Below are positions 47,626 through 54,668 of a stretch of 59,804 nt of DNA, piece after piece. The stretch is from Minisyncoccota bacterium. Its GTDB lineage: Bacteria; Patescibacteriota; Minisyncoccia; Phycocordibacterales; UBA918. The notes beneath the pieces are model-generated. The model had not been told where the DNA came from, did not search any database, and was given only the letters and a program-made list of their open reading frames with translations. Position numbers and translations under genes: made by a program. The stretch covers positions 1 to 59,804 of the forward strand of contig JALHRC010000006.1 of the NCBI GenBank assembly GCA_022841645.1, read 5' to 3'. The number at the start of each line of letters is the position of its first letter. Positions within the stretch are counted from its first letter, which is position 1.

Positions 47626-47677
47626 GCCCGACATACCAAAACACCCCTACCAAGGGGTGTTTTGGTATGTCGGGCTT
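47626..47677 (+). terminator. 23-bp perfect-stem hairpin directly after rpsJ
   Basis: agcccgacataccaaaacacccc (47626-48) pairs with ggggtgttttggtatgtcgggct (47655-77). Only a short T tract follows. Confidence 0.65.
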
Positions 47678-47741
47678 TACATAAATTCCTTGATAGTTTA
47701 CGTTACATCCGAAAGCACCTTCACAGAGCAGGAGAACTACC

Positions 47742-48155
47742 ATGCCAACGCTCACATTGAACCTGGAAGTAGATGAGGAGCTTCCCCGCCTTCAAGCGTT
47801 ACAATTTGTCAGGGATCCGGTGCGAAAACGACGCGTCGGTACTCGTGTACCACTCGTCGGGGCTGGATTACTCGGGCCACTTAAACTAACTGATCACGTT
47901 AGGGCACATTTGGAAACGGTGCTCGAGGCCATGAATAGATGGTCGCCGGAAGCTGCGCCAACAAAAATACTCGACTCTATTCTAGCGAATGGAAATAGAC
48001 CAATAGATGGGGTTATCCAAGGGTATGCCGTAGATCATTTGCGGGAAGAGCTCAATAGGGCCCTGCCTGAAGTGGGGCTTCGTTTCTCACTTCCACACCA
48101 CGGGCATAAAACCCAGTTGTGGGTTCGAGAGGTTAAAAGGTCGAAAAGAGGCTAG
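47742..48155 (+). CDS. orphan hypothetical protein inserted between rpsJ and rplC
   Basis: 137-aa ORF with a canonical SD (AGGAG, 7-nt spacer). It uses AGA, AGG, ATA and CTA codons. No motif. Confidence 0.6.
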   Translation: MPTLTLNLEVDEELPRLQALQFVRDPVRKRRVGTRVPLVGAGLLGPLKLTDHVRAHLETVLEAMNRWSPEAAPTKILDSILANGNRPIDGVIQGYAVDHLREELNRALPEVGLRFSLPHHGHKTQLWVREVKRSKRG

Positions 48156-48377
48156 TTGCTACCGCTATTTTGTACAGGGGCTATGTGCGATCAAGGGTGT
48201 CTTCGGATACACTTCGTGACAATACGCTGGTGGGGGATAACCCATGTGATACGCTTTTTGCAGAGCATCCCGTTTCCTCTGCGTCTAGCGTTGCGAGATT
48301 GATCGCATGTACGGGCTAATACCGCTCATATGGTCTTCGGATCAAAGCCAATTGGCGCCAGCCTCTGCCCACCCCTT

Positions 48378-48412
48378 TGGGTCCAGCTATACTACGCTGG
48401 ACCCCTTTTCTT
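48378..48412 (+). terminator. intrinsic terminator
   Basis: gggtccagc-tatactac-gctggaccc followed by cttttctttat. Confidence 0.8.
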
Positions 48413-48540
48413 TATCTAACCGAGGGCCACTTGCCCTTTTTTAAATATCGTGTAGAGTTGCGGGCAACGTATATAAGACCTACGTCCCCCCAAAAAATAT
48501 GAGGCTAATTACCTCGGGGAACCAATGGGCAGATGCACTT

Positions 48541-48582
48541 CCGCGGCTTCGTGGGGCACTGTCCCTGGGCCGCGGTTTTGTG
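48541..48582 (+). promoter_or_regulatory. attenuator-like hairpin + T-run in the rplC leader
   Basis: ccgcggc (48541-47) pairs with gccgcgg (48569-75), followed by ttttgtgt. It lies 113 nt upstream of the rplC ATG. Confidence 0.5.
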
Positions 48583-48612
48583 TACACACATTTATTTCCT
48601 ATAAGCAGCTAT

Positions 48613-48698
48613 TCATCCCGTTAGAAGTATTTCTATCTGGATGAGGTAACCAGCACCACGATTAGTATGATTATCAATAATAACTTCTAACGGGATGA
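48613..48698 (+). promoter_or_regulatory. 16-bp perfect long-range stem sequestering the rplC start codon
   Basis: tcatcccgttagaagt (48613-28) is the exact reverse complement of acttctaacgggatga (48683-98), which contains the ATG at 48695. Confidence 0.55.
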
Positions 48699-49297
48699 AA
48701 TTCGTTCTCGGAACTAAAGAGCGCATGACCCAAGTGTTTTTGGGCGACGGCCGGGCCTTTGCTGGTACGGTGTTGCGGGTTGCCCCCCACACGGTCGCGC
48801 AGGTGAAGACAGACGAGAAGGACGGCTACGTGGCGGCCCAGGTCGTGACCAGTCCTCAGAAAGAGGCGCGCGTAGCTAAAGCACAGCGGGTAGCTCATGG
48901 TGGCGCTTTTAAGGTGGCGCGTGAAATCGCGGGATCAGATCTCGAGAAGGGCGCTACCTTCGACGTATCGGTCTTTGCGCCCGGAGACACCATTAGTGTC
49001 ACGGCGATCAGCAAGGGTAAGGGCTTTCAGGGTGTGGTAAAGCGACACGGCTTTAAGGGCGGTCGTCGCAGTCACGGTCAGAAGCACTCGGAGCGTGAAC
49101 CAGGTTCGATCGGTGGCGGTGGCCGCGCTGGTGGTCGCGTCATTAAAGGCATGCGCATGGCTGGCCGCATGGGCGGTGACACCATTACCGTTAAGAACCT
49201 CAAGGTACTGCAGGTGAATGTGGCGGAAAACCTCCTCCTCGTTTCCGGTGCCGTACCAGGGCGACGCGGTACCTTAGTCGAGGTGCGTAGCATCTAA
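48695..49297 (+). CDS. rplC: 50S ribosomal protein L3
   Basis: 200 aa. It has GKGFQGVVKRHGF.G and other L3 motifs. Confidence 0.97.
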   Translation: MKFVLGTKERMTQVFLGDGRAFAGTVLRVAPHTVAQVKTDEKDGYVAAQVVTSPQKEARVAKAQRVAHGGAFKVAREIAGSDLEKGATFDVSVFAPGDTISVTAISKGKGFQGVVKRHGFKGGRRSHGQKHSEREPGSIGGGGRAGGRVIKGMRMAGRMGGDTITVKNLKVLQVNVAENLLLVSGAVPGRRGTLVEVRSI

Positions 49298-49313
49298 TTT
49301 TATTTAGCAACAT

Positions 49314-50009
49314 ATGGATGCAAAAATTTACACACACGAAGGCGCACAGAAGGGGAGTATCACACTTCCGGAAGCGCTCTTTGGTGTCGCTTGGAATAAT
49401 GATGTGGTACATGAAGTGGTGGTCGGTATGCAAGGCAATGCCCGCGCTGGTACTGCGCACACCCAGACGCGCGGTGAAGTACGCGGTGGTGGTAAAAAGC
49501 CGTGGAAGCAAAAGGGTACTGGCCGTGCTCGGCACGGTTCAAGCCGCAGCCCGATTTGGGTTGGTGGTGGTATTGCCCACGGTCCACGGAGCGACAAGGA
49601 CTACAGCGTAAAGATCAACCGCAAGGTGAAGGCTAAGGCACTCGCCATTGTCCTCTCAAAGAAGCTTAGCGACAACGAAGTACTCTTTGTCGAGTCGCTC
49701 CCTATGGGTGCTCCGAAGACCAAGGAAGGCAAGGTGGTCATGGCTGCGCTCGCGAAGGGCAGTGAGAACGCCGCTCTGGTCGGGAAGCGCAAGAATGCCG
49801 CACTCATCCTCCTGCCATCACGCAGCGAAGCGGTGGAGCTTTCGTTCCGCAACTTCGGCAACTACGAGGTGATGCAGGCCAAGGATGTGAGTCCGGTTGA
49901 TCTCCTCACTTATAAGTACGTGGTAGTGGCCGAGCCAGCCGCCGCACTTTCCATCTTGGAAAAGCGTGTGGCCGTACTCGCTCCAAAGGCCGCAGCTAAG
50001 AACAACTAG
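49314..50009 (+). CDS. rplD: 50S ribosomal protein L4
   Basis: 231 aa. It has KPWKQKGTGRARHGS.RSP.W.GGG.AHGP. Confidence 0.97.
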   Translation: MDAKIYTHEGAQKGSITLPEALFGVAWNNDVVHEVVVGMQGNARAGTAHTQTRGEVRGGGKKPWKQKGTGRARHGSSRSPIWVGGGIAHGPRSDKDYSVKINRKVKAKALAIVLSKKLSDNEVLFVESLPMGAPKTKEGKVVMAALAKGSENAALVGKRKNAALILLPSRSEAVELSFRNFGNYEVMQAKDVSPVDLLTYKYVVVAEPAAALSILEKRVAVLAPKAAAKNN

Positions 50010-50010
50010 T

Positions 50011-50370
50011 ATGGGACTCTTTACACGAAAAAAGAACGACGCAACCACCGGAGGGAGCACACGTGCTACAACGGCGCGCGTTACCGACCGCGATCTCTCG
50101 GGTGTCCTCATGCGTCCACTCATCACTGAAAAGGCGGTGGGTCAGAGTACGCAGGGAGTGTACGTCTTTGTGGTGCGTCCGTCGGCTACCAAGTTCGATG
50201 TGCGTGACGCGATCGTGAAGCACTACGGCGTAACGCCAGCGAAGGTGCGGGTAGTAAATCGCGCCCCGGCCGAGCGTCTAGCCGGTGCTCGTGGCCGCAT
50301 GAAAAAAGTGCCAGGACAGAAGAAGGCGTACGTACAGCTGAAAAAGGGCGATAGTATTAACCTCGTCTAA
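50011..50370 (+). CDS. rplW: 50S ribosomal protein L23
   Basis: ATG at 50011. It has PLITEKA....VYVF.V....K.D.....Y.V.P..V. Confidence 0.93.
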   Translation: MGLFTRKKNDATTGGSTRATTARVTDRDLSGVLMRPLITEKAVGQSTQGVYVFVVRPSATKFDVRDAIVKHYGVTPAKVRVVNRAPAERLAGARGRMKKVPGQKKAYVQLKKGDSINLV

Positions 50371-50386
50371 AGCGTAACAGCCTCGT

Positions 50387-51250
50387 ATGAAATTCTATAA
50401 ACCAACCTCAGCCGGCCGTCGTGATGGCTCGGTGATTGAGTACAAAAAGAAACTAACGTCGACCAAGAGTGAGCCCCACAAGCGTCTTGCCCATGGCAAG
50501 CGTTCGACGGGTGGACGCAACAACCAGGGACGTACCACGAACTTCTACCGCGGCGGTGGCGAAAAGCGCCTCTATCGTGAGGTGGACTTCCGCTACGACA
50601 AGAAGGGTGTGCCAGCGCGTGTCGAGACCATCGAGTACGATCCTAACCGTTCTGGTTTTATCGCGCTTGTGCTCTACCGTGATGGTGAGCGTCGCTACGT
50701 GCTCGCTCCCCAGGGCCTTAATAAGGGTGACGAGATGTTGACCGCCGAAGATGCCAAGCCAAAAATTGGTAATCGTCTCCCGCTCTCAGCGATCCCCGTT
50801 GGTGCCTTTGTGTACAACGTGGAGGTGAAGCCAGGGAAGGGCGCCCAGCTCGCCCGCAGCGCCGGCAACTACGCAGAAGTAGTAGCACACGACGGTGCCT
50901 ACACTCTCGTGAAGCTCCCTTCGACCGAAATCCGCAAGGTTCTCGGCACCGCCTGGGCTTCGATCGGAGCAGTCAGTAACGAAGAGTACCGCCTCGTTGA
51001 TCTTGGTAAGGCCGGTCGTGCCCGTGGCCGTGGACAGCGCCCAAAGAACCGTGGTTCTGCTCGTAACGCGGTTGACCACCCACACGGTGGTGGTGAAGGC
51101 CGCAGCCCGCGTGGTCACCGTCGTCAGCGCACTCGCCAGGGTCGCCCGACTGGTAAGGGCCAGAAGACACGTTCGCCAAAGAAGTACTCAAATCCATTTA
51201 TCGTCGAACGCCGCAAGCCGGGTCGCCTCATGCGAAACGGCGGGAAGTAG
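50387..51250 (+). CDS. rplB: 50S ribosomal protein L2
   Basis: 287 aa. It has RNAVDHPHGGGEGR. Confidence 0.98.
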   Translation: MKFYKPTSAGRRDGSVIEYKKKLTSTKSEPHKRLAHGKRSTGGRNNQGRTTNFYRGGGEKRLYREVDFRYDKKGVPARVETIEYDPNRSGFIALVLYRDGERRYVLAPQGLNKGDEMLTAEDAKPKIGNRLPLSAIPVGAFVYNVEVKPGKGAQLARSAGNYAEVVAHDGAYTLVKLPSTEIRKVLGTAWASIGAVSNEEYRLVDLGKAGRARGRGQRPKNRGSARNAVDHPHGGGEGRSPRGHRRQRTRQGRPTGKGQKTRSPKKYSNPFIVERRKPGRLMRNGGK

Positions 51251-51270
51251 GAAGGGGAGAACGAAGGACA

Positions 51271-51315
51271 AAAAGCAAGCAGCGCGGCCCCTTGGGGGCC
51301 GCGCTGCTTGCTTTT
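51271..51315 (+). terminator. strong intrinsic terminator directly after rplB (inside the canonical S10 operon)
   Basis: aaaagcaagcagcgcggcccc pairs with ggggccgcgctgcttgctttt, a 17-bp GC-rich stem plus a T-run. Confidence 0.85.
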
Positions 51316-51497
51316 AGTATTATATTATGTTATAATAAGAACGTACGTCAACCCTAACCAGGGAGGTGACCATGTGTAAACGAATAGGATAATCCTTATT
51401 TGAATTACACGCACCCAGATCTTTCTAAGCTCGACTTCGTCGAGGAGGATGGGGTGCGAACGCAACCCATACTTCCAATGACACGAAGGAGAGTCCA

Positions 51498-52466
51498 ATG
51501 ACCTACAACCAGCCGACGGCTCGCCCGCTTCCCGCCACGCTCCCGGAGTACATCCTCGTCGAGGTGTATCTCTCCGAGTACCGTGGACGGGAACAGTGGG
51601 TCGCCGAGTATCGCCTCGCCTACAACGGCAAGGCGAGCGACTACCTCAAGGTGGTCGTGAACTTCCGGCGTCACCAGCGGCCGAGCGAGGGTTTGTGGTG
51701 GGTGAAGCCCACCACCATGGCCCCGCATCTGTGGTTGGTCTTTGCCGAAGCCTACGCCGAGGCGTCTGACTATCGTGCACCGCCCCCGGTGCGGACTGGC
51801 GATGAGCTCGTGTTGCTGTGGGGCGGTAACGAAAATCAGCGTGTCGCGCACCGCGATGGCTGGACCTTCCGCTTCGGTTCGGTGTGCCCGCTTCTTTTCG
51901 ATGATGAGTTGTGGCGGGTGCAGGTCGAGCGAATCGACCCGAGCCGCGGTTACATCACCGTGTCGTCTCTCGGGCCTGATCCTCGGGCAGTGGAGCAGCT
52001 GACGCGGCCGATCGGCTACGTCGGCATCTACTCGCTTGACGGTGAGCTCCTCGTTGAGGGGAATGTCTGCTACTCCCACTTCGAAGGAGGGGCGGGAAGG
52101 GTGGATGGCGAGTCAGAACTTGGGCGTCCGTTCCAGGTCAAGGTCGAGTATATGCGGCGGCATAACAACCGCCTCATTGGATCGGTCCTTATCTTGAAGG
52201 ACTTCCAGTCCGAGGCTCGTCTCGCCGCCGAACTGGTGCTCATCGAAGGGCCGCCCGTGCCCTTCGCCTCGAATGATTCGGTGGTGAGTTCTGCATCTAT
52301 GCGGACCATCTCGAAGCCACCGTTCGAGGTGGAAGACAGTGACGACCGTGACCACTACGACGACGACATCGTCCGCCGTGAAGAGATCGAGAACTCCGAA
52401 CGGCCGGAGGTCGACTACGACCCCGAGGACGTCGAGCGCTACATCTACGGCGCCGACGAAGACTAA
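51498..52466 (+). CDS. orphan protein with acidic C-terminal tail, inserted between rplB and rpsS
   Basis: 322-aa ORF with an SD (AAGGAGAG) and very GC3-rich codons (25 of the first 30). The tail is EDSDDRDHYDDD...YDPEDVERYIYGADED. No motif recognised. Confidence 0.7.
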   Translation: MTYNQPTARPLPATLPEYILVEVYLSEYRGREQWVAEYRLAYNGKASDYLKVVVNFRRHQRPSEGLWWVKPTTMAPHLWLVFAEAYAEASDYRAPPPVRTGDELVLLWGGNENQRVAHRDGWTFRFGSVCPLLFDDELWRVQVERIDPSRGYITVSSLGPDPRAVEQLTRPIGYVGIYSLDGELLVEGNVCYSHFEGGAGRVDGESELGRPFQVKVEYMRRHNNRLIGSVLILKDFQSEARLAAELVLIEGPPVPFASNDSVVSSASMRTISKPPFEVEDSDDRDHYDDDIVRREEIENSERPEVDYDPEDVERYIYGADED

Positions 52467-52502
52467 GACTAGGGCCTGAGCATGCCCGACTACTACTGCT
52501 CA

Positions 52503-52538
52503 CGCCGGACACCCACGTGGTGCTCCGGCGGTTTTTTT
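52503..52538 (+). terminator. intrinsic terminator
   Basis: cgccgga pairs with tccggcg, followed by seven T. Confidence 0.8.
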
Positions 52539-52539
52539 A

Positions 52540-52584
52540 AGGTACTGCATTAAATACGTATTTAATGCAGTACCTGCTTTTTTT
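52540..52584. terminator. 36-bp perfect palindrome followed by T-run (second tandem terminator)
   Basis: aggtactgcattaaatacgtatttaatgcagtacct (52540-75) is followed by gcttttttt. Confidence 0.75.
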
Positions 52585-52727
52585 GTGTAATTTTGCATAC
52601 TTATTATCTTGTGCTACATTTTCCTTATGCACGTTCGTGCTTCATTCATTAAGACCATTACCAAGAAAATCCGCCTCGGCGGTGCACTTGCGTGATGGTA
52701 CAGTGACGAGACGGACGACGACACGCA

Positions 52728-52757
52728 TGAAAGCCCCGCCACGATAGTGGCGGGGCT
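52728..52757 (+). terminator. hairpin immediately upstream of the SD of ORF 52788
   Basis: aaagccccgccac-gata-gtggcggggcttt followed by ccgttcttc. Confidence 0.55.
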
Positions 52758-52787
52758 TTCCGTTCTTCAAATCAGGGAGGAAGTGAG

Positions 52788-53240
52788 ATGGATGGTTCCG
52801 ATTATCCGCAATCACCACACGACTGGAGCCTGGCTCGCACTGCGACCGAGCGGCCAGTGTTGCTAAGGCTTGCGCGCCACCCCGACCGAGGAGTGCGGCT
52901 CGGCTTACTACACAACATCCTTGTCGACCCGCCGTGGGCCGACGCCATAGCGCGGCTTGAACTGAAGTCGGCGGGGAACGAACTGCCGCTTGTGCGTCGC
53001 GAGGTGGCGCGCAGCCGCCGCGTGTCGCCCGAGCTCCTCTGCGAGGTGGCGCTGTGCGGCGAGTGGGAGGTGTGGGCGATCGTACTCCATAACCCCGAAT
53101 GTCCGCACACCGTGCTCGAGATTATCGTCTCGTTTACGAGCGCCGACGCTGCGGTAGTGCGTGAATATGCGTACCTTGTCTCGCGTGCTAAGGAGATCAT
53201 CAAGGAACGCGCGAAGGCTGCACCAAGCCGCGCCCCCTAG
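52788..53240 (+). CDS. HEAT/leucine-rich-variant-like repeat protein (tentative)
   Basis: 150 aa with an SD (GGGAGG). It has repeated helical units (LLRLARHPDRGVRLGLLHN; VRREVARSRRVSPELLCEVA; VWAIVLHNPECPHTVLEII). It is GC3-rich. Confidence 0.6.
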   Translation: MDGSDYPQSPHDWSLARTATERPVLLRLARHPDRGVRLGLLHNILVDPPWADAIARLELKSAGNELPLVRREVARSRRVSPELLCEVALCGEWEVWAIVLHNPECPHTVLEIIVSFTSADAAVVREYAYLVSRAKEIIKERAKAAPSRAP

Positions 53241-53251
53241 GGGGCGCGGCT
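53226..53251 (+). terminator. hairpin with the ORF stop codon in its loop
   Basis: agccgcgcccc-ctag-ggggcgcggct. Confidence 0.55.
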
Positions 53252-53283
53252 AAACTGTTTTGAGTTCGCTGCATCACCATCTC

Positions 53284-53303
53284 TTACTATCATGCATGAT
53301 AGT
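53284..53303. repeat. 20-bp perfect palindrome
   Basis: tactatcatgcatgatagta. Confidence 0.85.
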
Positions 53304-53363
53304 AGTAGTTCGTCATCGGGTAAAAAATCTTTTCTCTGCATGCTTGCATCGGGTTTGTTCGCT

Positions 53364-53403
53364 CATAGTCGACCGTTATCATATATGATAACGGTCGACT
53401 ATG
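53364..53403. repeat. 40-bp perfect palindrome
   Basis: catagtcgaccgttatcatatatgataacggtcgactatg was checked base by base. It lies just downstream of the minus-strand ORF 53435..53746. Confidence 0.9.
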
Positions 53404-53434
53404 GTTGGGTGAAGTTTTAATAGATCACTGCGCG

Positions 53435-53746
53435 TTATTGACCGGGTTTTCGCTCACGGGCGGCGAAGGTGAAGTGACTCAGTCGCTTGGCTTGTTTAAG
53501 AGCGGTAAAAGTTGCCCTTGCGTCATCTGTGGTATGTACCGCCACCTTCTGTACCTCTTGGCCGGAGATAATCAGTTCCATCCCAGCGGTGGTATAGACG
53601 GCCGTGACGTGACGTTTACTGGCGTTCCGCTTACCGTCGATAATCCCCGGCGCGATCATTTTGATACCAGAAAGTTTATACAACTCTGCCACCACCTCTT
53701 TGGCAGTGTCGGTGAGGGTGCTGTGCGATCGGCCACGGTATTTCAT
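53435..53746 (-). CDS. hypothetical protein encoded antisense to the ribosomal cluster
   Basis: 103-aa ORF with more protein-like composition than the overlapping + ORF 53405..53755. No confident motif. Confidence 0.5.
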   Translation of the reverse strand: MKYRGRSHSTLTDTAKEVVAELYKLSGIKMIAPGIIDGKRNASKRHVTAVYTTAGMELIISGQEVQKVAVHTTDDARATFTALKQAKRLSHFTFAARERKPGQ

Positions 53747-53783
53747 GGCTTTTAATTGTAACGCCTGCTGGCCATCCCAGCGG

Positions 53784-53812
53784 TTGACACCCTCTTTAAT
53801 TTCTATTAGTAT
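53784..53812 (+). promoter_or_regulatory. sigma-70-like promoter for the rpsS...rplE unit
   Basis: TTGACA (53784-89), a 17-nt spacer, then TAGTAT (53807-12). It lies 169 nt upstream of rpsS. Confidence 0.5.
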
Positions 53813-53980
53813 TGCCGCGTTCCAATCCCCGTGTCGGGTCCATAGCTATGGGCCCGCTCCAGAGAGAAGTAGTAAGTAGAAGCGTGTGGGAACCTCTTAT
53901 AAGAAAGGCCGTTACCTTTTTTTGCGAGAGGTCCTCACCTCACCACCTCACTAAGGTGGATTTATACGTAAGTTAAAGGC

Positions 53981-54331
53981 ATGTCACGATCACTCTATAA
54001 AGGACCGTACGTGGATGAGCGTTTGCTCAAAAAGATCGCCGGTAAGAAACCCGGAGAGAGTGGTGTCATCAAGACCTGGTCGCGCGACGCAATGATCGCA
54101 CCGGAAATGGTTGGCTTCACCTTCGGCGTACACAACGGCAAGACGCACCTCGAAGTAATGATTATGGAAGAAATGGTAGGACACCGCCTCGGCGAGTTTT
54201 CTCCCACCAAGAAATTCCATCGTCACGGCGGTAAGATGCAGAAGGAACTTGAACAGAAGAAGCAGGAAGCTGAAATCGCCGCCGCCAAGGCTTCGAAAGC
54301 TGCTCCCGCCGCTCCCGCCAAGAAGAAGTAA
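53981..54331 (+). CDS. rpsS: 30S ribosomal protein S19 with Lys/Ala-rich C-terminal extension
   Basis: [12 protein letters not shown]...GHRLGEF.PT is the S19 signature. Confidence 0.97.
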   Translation: MSRSLYKGPYVDERLLKKIAGKKPGESGVIKTWSRDAMIAPEMVGFTFGVHNGKTHLEVMIMEEMVGHRLGEFSPTKKFHRHGGKMQKELEQKKQEAEIAAAKASKAAPAAPAKKK

Positions 54332-54340
54332 TCCTCACCT

Positions 54341-54661
54341 ATGAAAGCACTACTTAAAAACTACCGTCAGTCACCGCGCAAAGTGCGCCTCTTGGCTGAC
54401 TTGGTACGTGGAAAAAAGGTGAAGGATGCACTGGCGACACTTCAGTTTGTTGAAAAGCGCGCCGCGTCGCCGTTTGCAAAAGTTATTGCAGCTGCGGTAG
54501 CGAGTGCCAAACAAGCCGGCAAGGACGAGACGAAGCTTAAAATTGCCAAGGTAACGGTTGATAAGGGTGTAGTGCAAAAGCGCTACATGCCGCGTGCCCG
54601 TGGCTCGGCTTCGAGGATTAATAAGCGCAGCAGCCACATCGTGGTTCTGCTCGGCGAATAA
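54341..54661 (+). CDS. rplV: 50S ribosomal protein L22
   Basis: 106 aa. It has RQSPRKVRLLADLVRGK. Confidence 0.95.
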   Translation: MKALLKNYRQSPRKVRLLADLVRGKKVKDALATLQFVEKRAASPFAKVIAAAVASAKQAGKDETKLKIAKVTVDKGVVQKRYMPRARGSASRINKRSSHIVVLLGE

Positions 54662-54668
54662 TCTCCCT

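Noticed and set aside
52627-52695. 22-codon ORF MHVRASFIKTITKKIRLGGALA resembling the N-terminus of ribosomal protein L36 (MKVRASVKK...)
   Set aside because: The similarity is limited to MxVRAS..K. There are no Cys/His zinc ligands in frame, the ORF stops at 22 aa and it has no SD. I treat it as coincidence or a leader peptide.
53405-53755. + strand 116-aa ORF overlapping the minus-strand 103-aa ORF
   Set aside because: It is Cys/His/Gly-rich with no motif. The minus-strand frame looks more protein-like, although neither is proven.
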